A stretch of 64,000 nt of DNA from a virus (Duplodnaviria > Caudoviricetes): IMG/VR virus record IMGVR_UViG_3300035126_000903, positions 32,001 to 96,000 of that record; one strand, given 5' to 3'. This document shows, piece after piece, positions 49,139-59,561 of the stretch (the first letter of the stretch is position 1; every line of letters begins with the position of its first letter). The notes under the pieces were generated by a model. That model worked only from the letters and a program-made list of their open reading frames with translations, searched no databases and was not told the origin of the DNA. The translations under genes and the position numbers were made by a program.

Positions 49139-49540
49139 TTATTTTTTAAACGCTGATTCTAATGATTTTCTTAATGCGGAACTAAATTCTGTTCTTTCAA
49201 ATGGTAGGTTTTCATCCTGTAATTGTAGAATCGTTGAAGAAACTGATGTTTTTGCACTACCTTCCCCAAACAACTCCTTTCCATCCATTTTAATTTTTGT
49301 TTTTACAATTGTTTTCTTTTGCTTAAACTCAAAAGGACCAACCCTAATACCTTTGGTTGGTGCCTCGATTGATAATATTTCTACCTCCACCGGCTTTCCA
49401 TTATCACATAGTGAATATTTATCATTTACCAATTCAGTAACGATTTGGTTTGCACCATAAGTTAGTTTTGTATCAGAAACCCCGTTCATATGAGCAAGTG
49501 TGATAACGCTTGAAATAAAATAACATAAAATTGTATCCAT
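49139..49540 (-). CDS. CsgG/FlgT-like small domain protein
   Basis: G..QIV.E, GEG.A, FSSALRK pattern. Confidence 0.5.
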   Translation of the reverse strand: MDTILCYFISSVITLAHMNGVSDTKLTYGANQIVTELVNDKYSLCDNGKPVEVEILSIEAPTKGIRVGPFEFKQKKTIVKTKIKMDGKELFGEGSAKTSVSSTILQLQDENLPFERTEFSSALRKSLESAFKK

Positions 49541-49552
49541 TGTAATCCTTTT

Positions 49553-50530
49553 TTAATAAGTTAATGTTGATTGATTTGTAAATCCTGGTGATAATAAATA
49601 TAGATTAGTTGTTCCTCCATTCGTTGGTGTAAAAGTATAGCTAGATTGAGTGCCTGGTATTGAACTCCTTAAATCCCCCGTTCCCGTTGTTAAACTTGTC
49701 CATTGTGAGTTTGTAAATAATAAAGTTCTTTTTGTCCATCCCAACCCATTTATTCTTCTTGCTATTGTATAAATATCGTTTATTGTAATTGTATTATCAC
49801 CACTTACCTCATATTTGTGATAGTGATGTGATTTGATTGGTGTTCTTTGTAAAACAATATCATCAATTCCTACAAAATCAGCAGAAGATAGATTTGAGGT
49901 TGTGGTTGGAATTACTACTTCAATATACCATTCAATAGAGGGGTTGGTAGGTAAACTAAAAGAATATTGCCCACTAGCATTTGTTATTGATATCGCTTCT
50001 AAAGTCCAAGGAGTAGTAGTAACTATATATTCAAATTCGAGTACATAAGGTAAGGATACATTTGGTAAATCGTTCCACCTACCGCCGCTAACAAATTGAG
50101 CATAATCTTCGTTTCCCGCATTATTAGGTTCACCCCCGTTCCAGTTTGTATAGGTTACTGCTTCATTTGTAACCCATCGCCATTGCCCTTCCACTGCTTC
50201 ATCGGTAAAACCAATCCACCCCGAAGGCCAGGTGTTAAAAACAAATGTATTTTCAGCAGCCGATGTGATTGTTACTAAATGCCCTCCCATATTGGCACAT
50301 GCCGTTCTTGCATTAGTCCAAGTCATTGAGCTGGTAGAACGATAATACGAGTGCCCATTATAATTGGTTTGCGATGTAAATCCAGTTAATACAGGCGTAG
50401 TTCTTTTAAATAGTCTTACTGTTATTCCCGATACTCCTATATTGTTTTCAGTCCTAATTAAACCTGAATGTGTAAAGGTTTGTCCAAATAACGAAATAGG
50501 TAATAATAAAAATAATAATAATTTTTTCAT
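49553..50530 (-). CDS. Secreted C-type lectin plus dockerin-like protein (start revised to MKKLLL)
   Basis: NGHSYY..W..A...C...GGHL, WIG, EPN, WND; EVSGDNTITINDI. Confidence 0.8.
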   Translation of the reverse strand: MKKLLLFLLLPISLFGQTFTHSGLIRTENNIGVSGITVRLFKRTTPVLTGFTSQTNYNGHSYYRSTSSMTWTNARTACANMGGHLVTITSAAENTFVFNTWPSGWIGFTDEAVEGQWRWVTNEAVTYTNWNGGEPNNAGNEDYAQFVSGGRWNDLPNVSLPYVLEFEYIVTTTPWTLEAISITNASGQYSFSLPTNPSIEWYIEVVIPTTTSNLSSADFVGIDDIVLQRTPIKSHHYHKYEVSGDNTITINDIYTIARRINGLGWTKRTLLFTNSQWTSLTTGTGDLRSSIPGTQSSYTFTPTNGGTTNLYLLSPGFTNQSTLTY

Positions 50531-51753
50531 AACATTAATTTTGTTCCAGTTAAAACTTGCCAATTTAAAAATGTTTGATTTAATTGATAAACTCCTGAAA
50601 AACTTACAGTCCATTTGAATTTATCAGTTACTTTCAAATCTGTGTTTACCATTGGAATTATCAACAAACCACTTTTATACCATTGACCTGCATAGAAATA
50701 AATATAGGGAGAATATACAGCAAGCCCTAAAAAATTTACACCAATTGATTTTCCACCCTTAAAGTTTGTAAATCCACCACCAATCAAAGACCAATTTCTA
50801 AAAGTATTTTTATCTATCTCACCCAAAGTAAAGGTAGTTCCCCCCATTAAAGTTACTTTATCTATTTTTTGAGCATTGAGTAATGATGCGGTCAAAAACC
50901 AATTATCCTTAAAATTAGTCATATATGATGTAGAAAATATACCCATATACCCCTTAAACTTTAATGAACCATATCCCGATAAGTTAAGTATGTTTTGCCC
51001 CGTCTGATAGTTTATGTTTATACCTTTGATAAATGTTTGGGAGGTATTGACATGGGTCAAAGAAGTATTAAATCTAAAATTATCATTACCTTTCTTTGTG
51101 ATATTTGAATCGTTTCGTATTATAACAATATCCCCAGTAGCGATTAAAGCACCATTGGATACTTTGGAAGAACTTTTACCACCTTTACCTCCACCACCAC
51201 CTTCACCATTATTTTCACTTTCACCACCACTTGCAGTTTGTTGGTTTTTATCATCAACTGGTGTTATTTCACCACCACCCTCGGATGAGCTGCTGTTATT
51301 ATCATTATTAGCCCTACTACCGCCATTTCTCGGTGCGGGTGGGGGTGTAGGAACACTACCAACAGAACTTCCAATAGAACTAGCCATAGATACTACTGAG
51401 GATATGTTTGCTACACCATTCGCTGTAACACTACCTATGAAGTTTGTAACATTGTTTGATTCCGCAACTCCTTCGGATGCGCACGGATTAGCACCTGGTG
51501 GTAAAGCATCTCTAATGGATTGAACCCATTGTTCATATGCCCCCGCACTTAATTCAGCATAAGTAAATATTCTATATTGCCCCGCAAAGAACATTGTAAC
51601 TTCAGAACTTTGTGTTGATAATTGAACACTTTGAGTTCTACCATTACATGGGTTAATATAAGAATAGGTGAAACTTTGAGCTTTTACACTCAAAACTCCA
51701 CCTATTATGAATAATAATACTAATAAATGTTTTTTACCAACCATTTTGCTCAA
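50527..51753 (-). CDS. Secreted protein with Gly/Ser linker and probable beta-barrel C-terminus
   Basis: Signal peptide; amphipathic strands ending WQVLTGTKLML. Confidence 0.65.
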   Translation of the reverse strand: MSKMVGKKHLLVLLFIIGGVLSVKAQSFTYSYINPCNGRTQSVQLSTQSSEVTMFFAGQYRIFTYAELSAGAYEQWVQSIRDALPPGANPCASEGVAESNNVTNFIGSVTANGVANISSVVSMASSIGSSVGSVPTPPPAPRNGGSRANNDNNSSSSEGGGEITPVDDKNQQTASGGESENNGEGGGGGKGGKSSSKVSNGALIATGDIVIIRNDSNITKKGNDNFRFNTSLTHVNTSQTFIKGININYQTGQNILNLSGYGSLKFKGYMGIFSTSYMTNFKDNWFLTASLLNAQKIDKVTLMGGTTFTLGEIDKNTFRNWSLIGGGFTNFKGGKSIGVNFLGLAVYSPYIYFYAGQWYKSGLLIIPMVNTDLKVTDKFKWTVSFSGVYQLNQTFLNWQVLTGTKLML

Positions 51754-52426
51754 GACGCTTTACGAGGTTCATTGTCGCAACCTCCAAAGCCTTCTGAGTA
51801 GCAATACCAACGGTTGATTGGTCGAATCCCATTGTTGGATTCTTAAAATACCCTTCACCAAATTGAGTTGATTGTCCTTGTCCAGACGCAACTATAAATT
51901 GTGAATTTTCTACATTAACTAAACGAATTTGAATACCCATAATTGTGGTATTTGTTTTTTTCAATTTACCTTTATCGTAGTTTTCTGCGTATGAAACTGA
52001 AAAATCATAGATTTCGGCATAAACAATATATTTGGGTAAACGAATACCCTGCATTTTAAGTTTTGTTTTACCATCATCTAAACCATCAATCTTTTTTTCC
52101 CACGCATCCAACATTTGATTTACAACAGCATCTTTTTCTTCGGTAAACTCAAAACGATTAGTATATAGTAAATTTTCAATAATACGATTAGATACACCTA
52201 AACCAAGTCTTTTTTCTCTTAATTCGGGGAAAGTTTCCCAGAGTTCTTTGTTTACATTTAACTTTGAAAGTTGAAGCGTTTGCTTCTTACCTGTATAAGT
52301 AGAGATAGATTCTAATGTTCTATCTGTCTTTTCAAAATCAGCTTGATATTGAGTAGTTGAAATGCTAGATTTACAACCCACCAATAAAGCAAAGCTTACG
52401 AATGGAATAATAACTATTTTTCTCAT
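51734..52426 (-). CDS. CsgG/HfaB-family lipoprotein
   Basis: Lipobox LVGC; NRF...E, AEIYDF, IRLVNVE.....ASG.G. Confidence 0.7.
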   Translation of the reverse strand: MRKIVIIPFVSFALLVGCKSSISTTQYQADFEKTDRTLESISTYTGKKQTLQLSKLNVNKELWETFPELREKRLGLGVSNRIIENLLYTNRFEFTEEKDAVVNQMLDAWEKKIDGLDDGKTKLKMQGIRLPKYIVYAEIYDFSVSYAENYDKGKLKKTNTTIMGIQIRLVNVENSQFIVASGQGQSTQFGEGYFKNPTMGFDQSTVGIATQKALEVATMNLVKRLEQNGW

Positions 52427-52821
52427 TCTTCACTCTCCTGCTCTGCCTGCTTAGCTCTCAACCTTTTCATTCTTTCAGCTGGAGTTTCTTTCTTTTCTTC
52501 AATTGGTGCTGCTGCAGGTTGTGCGGCAGGTTGAGCTGCTGGTGCTGCTTCTCTGATTGTTTCTTTTTCTCTGATTATAGTAGTTCCACCACCACCGCTT
52601 GAAGTATTACTTTGGTTATTGTTTTCTAAGTTTAGATTAATAACAGGTTGTGCTGCTGGTGCAACTTGCTCCGTTTTTGCTCCCTCTTCATCGTTATTAC
52701 CCCCACCAAATAGGGTTGTGGAAATCCATACACCACCACCCGTAACTACAGTGGCGAGTGTTCCTACGATAGTTTTCTTGAGTCCGCCCCAAGTACCATC
52801 ATTTTCTGTCTCTTCTGCCAT
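52423..52821 (-). CDS. Membrane-anchored low-complexity protein
   Basis: TM plus AAQP repeats. Confidence 0.7.
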   Translation of the reverse strand: MAEETENDGTWGGLKKTIVGTLATVVTGGGVWISTTLFGGGNNDEEGAKTEQVAPAAQPVINLNLENNNQSNTSSGGGGTTIIREKETIREAAPAAQPAAQPAAAPIEEKKETPAERMKRLRAKQAEQESEE

Positions 52822-52836
52822 TTTTTTCTCCTTTTT

Positions 52837-54738
52837 TTAGTATTTAATTATTTTATAAGTTTTTTGCTTCTCATTGGTGGTTAATCTTACAAAATAGAAA
52901 CCAGGCTTTAAGTCGCTAACATTGATTGTTTTCGTAACTATTTCATTTTGATTTACAAAATCTCTACTATTATAATAAGATTTACCCATATAATCGTAAA
53001 TTTCGTATGTTAGATATCCCCAATCAGTTTGGAAATAATCTATATTTAAGACATCAACTACTGGGTTAGGATATACTCTAAACCCATTTACTAATTGGTT
53101 TACCAATTCTCTTGCCCGTCTACCATTTACAACAGTAGCATCTACGGGTGAAGGTATGATATTTAAATCGGTTGCTTTATCACTACCAGCTGCTTTGTTG
53201 AAAATCTTAATAGGTGATTGTTCCCAATTTTGATTTAAAATATCAAACTTAAATGAGAATTGTTGTGTTGGGTTGATAATAAGCGATGGAGACATTTTAG
53301 ATTCATGTCCACCCCAAACTATTTCACCTGGCTTATTTGATAAGAAAGAGTTCCAAGCACTTGCTTCAGGCCCAACACTCACACCTGTGAATTTAAAGAT
53401 TGCTGGGTCATATTTTAATCCTAATTGTGCTGCACCTACTTTATTTCCGTGTGTAATAAAAGTAACATTTACATCTACTGAATTATCTTCTGAAATAGTT
53501 AATTTAGGTATTCTAAATTGAACTGAATCTTGGATATTTTGATAAATAGTACCTTCATCTAAAACATAAGATGTTCCATTAGTAGGGTTATTTACCCTTT
53601 GAATTTGGAATGATACATTATTTAATCCAGTATTTGTTACATCCCCCAAAACATATCCAATATAAGATAATGAACCTAAACCATTAATAGGAACATCAAC
53701 ATTTGTAGTTCCAATAATTGAAGATTGGAAGGTGTTTGGGTTGGTTATAATCGTATTGTATTCAGAGGGGGTGTAATATCTAACATTGTATTCGTTAGCA
53801 ACAGCAGGCGACCAGGTTGTTCTGCCGGTTGCCAAACGATTAAATATCAAATAAGCATCTGCTACTGATAGGGTTGAACTGCGGTTTACATCACCTTGCT
53901 GAAACTCATACGATTGAGCAGTATCAGCGTAAATACTCATATCTGATAACCTATAAGCATCGGTAATATTGATAGCAGAATTATCTGATAAAGTATCCAA
54001 ATTTGATACTAACTTAACATTATAAAAAGATGTATCGTATGGAATTTTAATACTTACCAAACCAACAGCATCTGTTAAAAATCTACCACCACGAGTATAT
54101 GTTTGTTCTGATTTTAATTTGTAATCATATGCGAAAGGCATATCGGCCGCAGGTGTTCCATTCACATTTGTTAATGTTACAGGAAATGTTAATGTATCCA
54201 TTTTAAATGCACCACCATAGTTGTGGGTTAATAATACATTATCAATACCACCAATTGTAGTTGCGATATTAGAATACGATGGATTTCCAATTACCTTGAT
54301 AGAATCAACAGATGATGGATTAAAACCAACTGCGTGTGGAAGTTTAACCTCAAACACAGCACCATCCGGCCAATCAAATACAGCGGAAGTTCCAGTATAG
54401 ATAGCTGTTGCATTTACCCAACCTGGCTGACTATAGTATGAACCATATTTTGTTCCAATTGATGTTGCGGAAGGGCCCCATAAAACAATAGGTTGTTTGA
54501 ATGAAGTAGTTGGATAGAAAAATCTAACCTGAAAACCAGCATAATTGGTTGCTGTTGGGTTATGATAGTGTAAATAAATCACAGTTGTATCATTTAAGAT
54601 ACTACCCAAAGTAAACACCGTATCAACTAGAAAATGCGGTGAGTTACTGTTTGGAGATGTTAATACTTCCGTTCTACCATTTTGTGCGAATAAGTTAAAT
54701 GGTAAAGTTAAAGCAAGTAATAAAAGTATTTTTTTCAT
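52837..54738 (-). CDS. Secreted cohesin/dockerin-like protein with T9SS type A C-terminal sorting domain
   Basis: GDVNRSSTLSVADA; GAAQLGLKYDP; FRVYPNP..YDYMGK..LKPGFYFV..KIIK. Confidence 0.8.
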   Translation of the reverse strand: MKKILLLLALTLPFNLFAQNGRTEVLTSPNSNSPHFLVDTVFTLGSILNDTTVIYLHYHNPTATNYAGFQVRFFYPTTSFKQPIVLWGPSATSIGTKYGSYYSQPGWVNATAIYTGTSAVFDWPDGAVFEVKLPHAVGFNPSSVDSIKVIGNPSYSNIATTIGGIDNVLLTHNYGGAFKMDTLTFPVTLTNVNGTPAADMPFAYDYKLKSEQTYTRGGRFLTDAVGLVSIKIPYDTSFYNVKLVSNLDTLSDNSAINITDAYRLSDMSIYADTAQSYEFQQGDVNRSSTLSVADAYLIFNRLATGRTTWSPAVANEYNVRYYTPSEYNTIITNPNTFQSSIIGTTNVDVPINGLGSLSYIGYVLGDVTNTGLNNVSFQIQRVNNPTNGTSYVLDEGTIYQNIQDSVQFRIPKLTISEDNSVDVNVTFITHGNKVGAAQLGLKYDPAIFKFTGVSVGPEASAWNSFLSNKPGEIVWGGHESKMSPSLIINPTQQFSFKFDILNQNWEQSPIKIFNKAAGSDKATDLNIIPSPVDATVVNGRRARELVNQLVNGFRVYPNPVVDVLNIDYFQTDWGYLTYEIYDYMGKSYYNSRDFVNQNEIVTKTINVSDLKPGFYFVRLTTNEKQKTYKIIKY

Positions 54739-54759
54739 TATTTTCCTTTTTAGTTTCGG

Positions 54760-55104
54760 TTATTCCTCATTTGACGAAATCGAAACCCCATCTTCTTCAT
54801 CCATTTTTTGAACAAGCATCTTATCTCTGTCCTCATTTGAGAACCAAAAATCTACAACTTTGTTCAAATTACCAACGAAAGCACCCAAAAGAATTAATAA
54901 TAACTCTTTCCAAGCTTCTTCTATTGTTGCTTTAAACATCACTGCTAAAACAATTCCAAAAACAATAAAAAAGAATGTAAATAAAATCAATAAAGTAATT
55001 TTCCAACGATTTGATTGCATCGTTTGGAGCATGAAGTTGAACCTTTGATCGTTTTCAACTTTTTGAAAATCTTCGTTATATAAAAGTTTACTAAGAAGTC
55101 CCAT
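54760..55104 (-). CDS. Two-TM membrane protein
   Basis: Two hydrophobic helices. Confidence 0.75.
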   Translation of the reverse strand: MGLLSKLLYNEDFQKVENDQRFNFMLQTMQSNRWKITLLILFTFFFIVFGIVLAVMFKATIEEAWKELLLILLGAFVGNLNKVVDFWFSNEDRDKMLVQKMDEEDGVSISSNEE

Positions 55105-55358
55105 TATTCAACCCCACCTTTATCGCAATTGCAATCTTTTTTCTTAAAGATTTTATCTGCGGATGCTAAACCTAAAGCACCAAACGCAAGAGCAGCAACG
55201 GCGTTTACGAGTGAATCGGCTGGAGCAATGTGGGATTCAGTAAACTGATTATGGTACATTGTTATACATAAGGTTAGGGCAGCCATAATTCCCACAAACC
55301 TCTTTGATGAAAATCCTCCCTTTTCGTCTTGGAAGATTTCAGTAAAAAATCTTTTCAT
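55104..55358 (-). CDS. Two-TM holin-like protein
   Basis: SSKRF..TM..TM, charged tail. Confidence 0.55.
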   Translation of the reverse strand: MKRFFTEIFQDEKGGFSSKRFVGIMAALTLCITMYHNQFTESHIAPADSLVNAVAALAFGALGLASADKIFKKKDCNCDKGGVE

Positions 55359-55412
55359 AGTCTTGTCCTTTCGTTAAAACATAACCAAATTGACAAAACT
55401 TATTTTAAAACC

Positions 55413-55622
55413 TTATATAAATAGGTAATTTTTTGGAATAACCCATTCAATTCCAAATGGATCGTTGATTTTTACATCATTTTCTAATATTTCTTTTATC
55501 TGTACCCTCTCCCCCTCTATCAGGCTTCCTTTGTGGTTCGAAAATGTCCTCAACATTCTCACCTTTTCTCCCTTTTTTGGGTTTGAACTTTTCAAATCCG
55601 GCAGGTTCTTCATATTCATCAT
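55413..55622 (-). CDS. Small beta-rich hypothetical protein
   Basis: ORF track. Confidence 0.6.
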   Translation of the reverse strand: MMNMKNLPDLKSSNPKKGEKVRMLRTFSNHKGSLIEGERVQIKEILENDVKINDPFGIEWVIPKNYLFI

Positions 55623-55665
55623 AGTTTCTTAAATCTACTTTTGGCATGGTGTTCTTTAATTTTTA

Positions 55666-56943
55666 TTAAAAAATATCGTATATTATATTTTTACTAATTA
55701 ATGGGTTTTTAATTTTTATTTTACCAACTGACATATCTTTTTTGTTTCTTATAAATATCTTAAAATATTCGTATTCATACTCACCAACATCAGTTTGATT
55801 AATTATATAATAAATGTTACTTAAAAATTCCGAAAAATGCTCCTCTCTAAATTGGGAAAACTGAAAATCTATTACAATATCATCATTAACACCTTTATTT
55901 TCAAATATTCTATTTTTTGAATTTAATGTATTAAACACATGTTTATATTTTTCCCAATCTTCATTTGAAATATCTAACAACTTATTTGCAACAATGTGCT
56001 CCGAATCATATATACTTTGCAGTAGTTCTATTATAGACACATCATCAACATATACATTATTAAAAAATTTTTCTATGTGATAAAATTTATTAACATCTGT
56101 TATAGTTCCTCTTATAACGGCGTTAATATTATAAAAGTTTCTTTTTTTAGTACTATGTTCAATATGTCCCCAATTTCTCAAAAATCTACCTATTTCAATT
56201 TGGTCGGCAATTGATTGTAATTCTAATCTACGCTGAGCTTCTGTATTATTTTTATCAAACCAACCGGGTCCTCTGCTGGAGGTGCATGTGAAATGATAAA
56301 CTAACGCATTCCAAATTTGAATAATTTTAGTATCATTTAAAGCTAATCGGGTCAATATATCAGTATCTTCTCTTGAGCGTCTATAAATGGAGTTATGTCC
56401 ACCAATAGAATTCCAAGTATCTTTGTACAAAGAAAATGGTGCAAAGAAAAATTCTGTTATTTTATTTTCCTTTTTGTTTTCTGCGTAATTAGTAAATTTT
56501 TCCAAATCAAAATCTAATGGGCTTAATCCAAAATCATATGTTATTTTTTCACCACTATTTGGATGAATTGGTGGTTCAATTCTTGTAGAGCAAACAACAG
56601 TGTTTGGTTTAATATGTTTTAATATTTCCAAGTCATAATTTCTACAAATAACCATATCAGATTGAATATACGAAACTATTTCATTTTGAGCTTGTAGAAA
56701 CATTTCATTTATATTTGATTGATAACCGTATGGTATTGGTAGTTTGTTTTTTAATATTTTTAAATTTGAAAAAACTAATTTTTGGGAAAGTAACCATTCA
56801 AAAGTATTTTGATTATCACTATCTACAAAAACTATTATCTCATGTTCTTTATTGTATAAATTTTTTTCAAGAGAAGTAAATAATAATTTTATATGATTTA
56901 ACTCATTTTTCCCAGTATTAATACAAAAAGTTATTTTATTCAT
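55666..56943 (-). CDS. Glycosyltransferase family 2-like
   Basis: EIIVFVD, QSDMV, IGGH..REDTD, VYHF. Confidence 0.8.
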   Translation of the reverse strand: MNKITFCINTGKNELNHIKLLFTSLEKNLYNKEHEIIVFVDSDNQNTFEWLLSQKLVFSNLKILKNKLPIPYGYQSNINEMFLQAQNEIVSYIQSDMVICRNYDLEILKHIKPNTVVCSTRIEPPIHPNSGEKITYDFGLSPLDFDLEKFTNYAENKKENKITEFFFAPFSLYKDTWNSIGGHNSIYRRSREDTDILTRLALNDTKIIQIWNALVYHFTCTSSRGPGWFDKNNTEAQRRLELQSIADQIEIGRFLRNWGHIEHSTKKRNFYNINAVIRGTITDVNKFYHIEKFFNNVYVDDVSIIELLQSIYDSEHIVANKLLDISNEDWEKYKHVFNTLNSKNRIFENKGVNDDIVIDFQFSQFREEHFSEFLSNIYYIINQTDVGEYEYEYFKIFIRNKKDMSVGKIKIKNPLISKNIIYDIF

Positions 56944-57712
56944 ATTTTAATTTATTATAAGTTTCTATAATTCCGTGAGTTAATCCTATATATTTTAATC
57001 CGTATGGGGCATTTAATTTTGATTCATAATCTTCACTTAAAGATGTGTCCATATATATAGGAACTTTATAATCTTCTAACTCATTTATAATATTAGCTAT
57101 GTCTAACAATGAAGTTGAATTTACATATGCACAATTACTTTCTTTTAATAAAGAACTTGAGGAAGATTGAATATAATGATTAACTAATGTTACTAAATCT
57201 TTCATGTAAAAAAAAGACATTTTTTTATTTTGCACCAACATTGGTTCTTTATTTATATATCTTTTGATATTGGATTTGATAAATCTAGTATCTAACTCAT
57301 TTTCATCAAACACCGCATATATTCTTATATTGTAAAAATTATCTATTTCAGAAATCGATTTTGCTATAACTCTTTTACTTAATCCGTATGGGGATTCAGG
57401 ACTATGTATTTCTGCTCCTGAACCAAAGTGAATTAGTTTTCCAAATCTATCATTACAATTTAATAAATTATAATACATTTTAAGATTATTATCCATATCC
57501 CCAAATGTATCTGTTTTCAATCTACTACCACCAGTTACGGCACAGTGTATAACAACATCAAAATATGTATGTTTAAGATAGGAATCTAATAATTTGTAGT
57601 TAGTTAAATCAAAATTTTTCCTACCAATAGCAGTTATATTATATTTGTCTTTTAATGATTCATATAAACTTTTAGCTATATAACCATTCTCTCCAGTAAT
57701 TAATATTTTCAT
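56936..57712 (-). CDS. NAD-dependent epimerase/reductase (extended SDR; YerF-like position)
   Basis: ILITGENGYIA, YGLSK. Confidence 0.85.
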   Translation of the reverse strand: MKILITGENGYIAKSLYESLKDKYNITAIGRKNFDLTNYKLLDSYLKHTYFDVVIHCAVTGGSRLKTDTFGDMDNNLKMYYNLLNCNDRFGKLIHFGSGAEIHSPESPYGLSKRVIAKSISEIDNFYNIRIYAVFDENELDTRFIKSNIKRYINKEPMLVQNKKMSFFYMKDLVTLVNHYIQSSSSSLLKESNCAYVNSTSLLDIANIINELEDYKVPIYMDTSLSEDYESKLNAPYGLKYIGLTHGIIETYNKLKYE

Positions 57713-58707
57713 ATATTATTAAATTTTTGGGCTATTTCTAAAATTAAATCTTCTTGACCAGCAACCAACTTTCTATTTCCAAGTTCAAAAATTAAAGATG
57801 AATATTCTATGTTGTATAATTTAGAGGCCTTAATAATTGGTTTTTCAAACCCAGAAAATAATTTATTTAATCCCGTTAATACATTAATTGGTGATATTGA
57901 AGGTGCTTCTGGGATTAGATAGTTCATTACATTATCTGCTTCTTTAATGGTTTGTTTAAAATTAATATTTGTTTTAAAACCGCTTTGTTCTAGTACTGGA
58001 ATTAGTATTTCCAAAGCAGCGTTTCCTGCGCCAGCACCAAAACCTCTAATACATGCATCAAGTAAGTCTGCACCACTTTGCACAGCTATTAATGAATTAG
58101 ATATAGCACATCCTAAATTATTATGAGCGTGAAACCCAATCTTTATGTTTATATTTTCTTTTAAAGATAATATTCGTTCTTTAACATCCAGTGGTAAATA
58201 AGTACCCGTTGAATCCATTATTATAATGGCCTCAGCCCCATAACTTTCCATTATTTTAGATTGTTCTACTAATTTTTTAGTATCAATTAAAGCACTCATC
58301 ATTAAAACCCCATACACCTCTTTGCCGGTTTTTGCCAAAAACTCTATATGAGATTTTGATAAAGTGGCTTCAGTACAATGAGTAGCAACTCTAAAAACAT
58401 CCACCCCATAATCAATAGCTTTTTTTGCATCATCAATTGTAGATAAACCCGGAATAGTGTGAACACCTAGCTTACTATTTTTTAAAAATTTTTTAGCAGT
58501 AGTAAGTATTTCTTTATCTGTATTTGGTGATTTTCCTATTAACAATGAAGAAGCGGATAATCCATTCCCATGACCCACTTCTACTATAGGAATTCCGGCG
58601 TTATCGGCAAACTTACAATATTTTTCTATGCTATCTAAACTTATAGTGTGTTTAACACTATGATTCCCATCTCTAAGACTGGAATCTGTTATTAATACGT
58701 CTTTCAT
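57709..58707 (-). CDS. dmpG: 4-hydroxy-2-oxovalerate aldolase
   Basis: DSSLRDGNH, EVGHGNGL, ATHCTEA, HAHNNLG, GGQED-like AGQED. Confidence 0.9.
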   Translation of the reverse strand: MKDVLITDSSLRDGNHSVKHTISLDSIEKYCKFADNAGIPIVEVGHGNGLSASSLLIGKSPNTDKEILTTAKKFLKNSKLGVHTIPGLSTIDDAKKAIDYGVDVFRVATHCTEATLSKSHIEFLAKTGKEVYGVLMMSALIDTKKLVEQSKIMESYGAEAIIIMDSTGTYLPLDVKERILSLKENINIKIGFHAHNNLGCAISNSLIAVQSGADLLDACIRGFGAGAGNAALEILIPVLEQSGFKTNINFKQTIKEADNVMNYLIPEAPSISPINVLTGLNKLFSGFEKPIIKASKLYNIEYSSLIFELGNRKLVAGQEDLILEIAQKFNNI

Positions 58708-59561
58708 TATTTAACTAATTTTTCGGTTATTTTTATAGCAGCGCAATTTATTATATCTAAATTTCCAGCATATTCTGGTAGGTAGTCACCACTACCCCTA
58801 ACTCTGATGCTCATAACTATAATTCCATTTTCTTCTGTTGGTGGTAAGATTAATTCATAATGGGGTATATATTTTTTTAATTCTTCTATTTTTTCTGTAA
58901 TTTTCTCAATTAAACCATTAAAATTAATATTTTTTGATTTAACAAACATAGTAGTTTGCATATCAACACATGGTTCAGCGGGATTCAAGTTTAAAATTAC
59001 TTTTGTATTATCACAGTTTGTAAATTGATTGATGGCTTTTTGTGTAGTTTTTATATAATTATCTATGTTTATTCTAGTAGCCATACCAGCACTTTTAGAT
59101 GCTATTTGGGATACAATTTCTATATATTCAATTCCACTGCAATATTTAGATAGTAAATACAACATAGGAATAGAGGCTTGCCCACCACAAGTAATCATAT
59201 TAACATTACTTTCATTTAAAATAATATCCCCATTTACATCAGGCACACACATTGGACCTACTTTAGCCGGAGTTAAATCCACTACTTTAATTCCCTGATT
59301 TTTGAAAATTATAGAATGTTGTAGCGCATCTTCAGCATTGGTACAATCATATACAATATCGCAACAATTGGGGTTATTAATAAAATAATTAATTCCTTCA
59401 TTAGTTACATTAATTCCTTTGGCTTTAGCAATTTCAATTCCATCCGAATCTAATCTTCTTCCGGCAAATACAACAAGTTCAATAAAATTTGTTTTAAGAA
59501 TTTTAAGAAGTAAATCAGTACCTATGTTTCCTGTGCCTAGTATAGCAGCTTTTATTTTCAT
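58707..59561 (-). CDS. dmpF: Acetaldehyde dehydrogenase (acylating)
   Basis: GTGNIGTDL, DLTPA, NMITCGGQA, YAGNLDI. Confidence 0.92.
   Translation of the reverse strand: MKIKAAILGTGNIGTDLLLKILKTNFIELVVFAGRRLDSDGIEIAKAKGINVTNEGINYFINNPNCCDIVYDCTNAEDALQHSIIFKNQGIKVVDLTPAKVGPMCVPDVNGDIILNESNVNMITCGGQASIPMLYLLSKYCSGIEYIEIVSQIASKSAGMATRINIDNYIKTTQKAINQFTNCDNTKVILNLNPAEPCVDMQTTMFVKSKNINFNGLIEKITEKIEELKKYIPHYELILPPTEENGIIVMSIRVRGSGDYLPEYAGNLDIINCAAIKITEKLVK

Noticed and set aside
51734-52426. Complete curli biogenesis system
   Set aside because: No CsgA/CsgB amyloid repeats or clear CsgE/CsgF are visible; only the CsgG-like fold is supported.
57709-59561. Aromatic meta-cleavage pathway or bacterial chromosomal contamination
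   Set aside because: No dioxygenase or hydratase; the genes are coupled inside a sugar locus and share strand and AT-richness with the phage genes.
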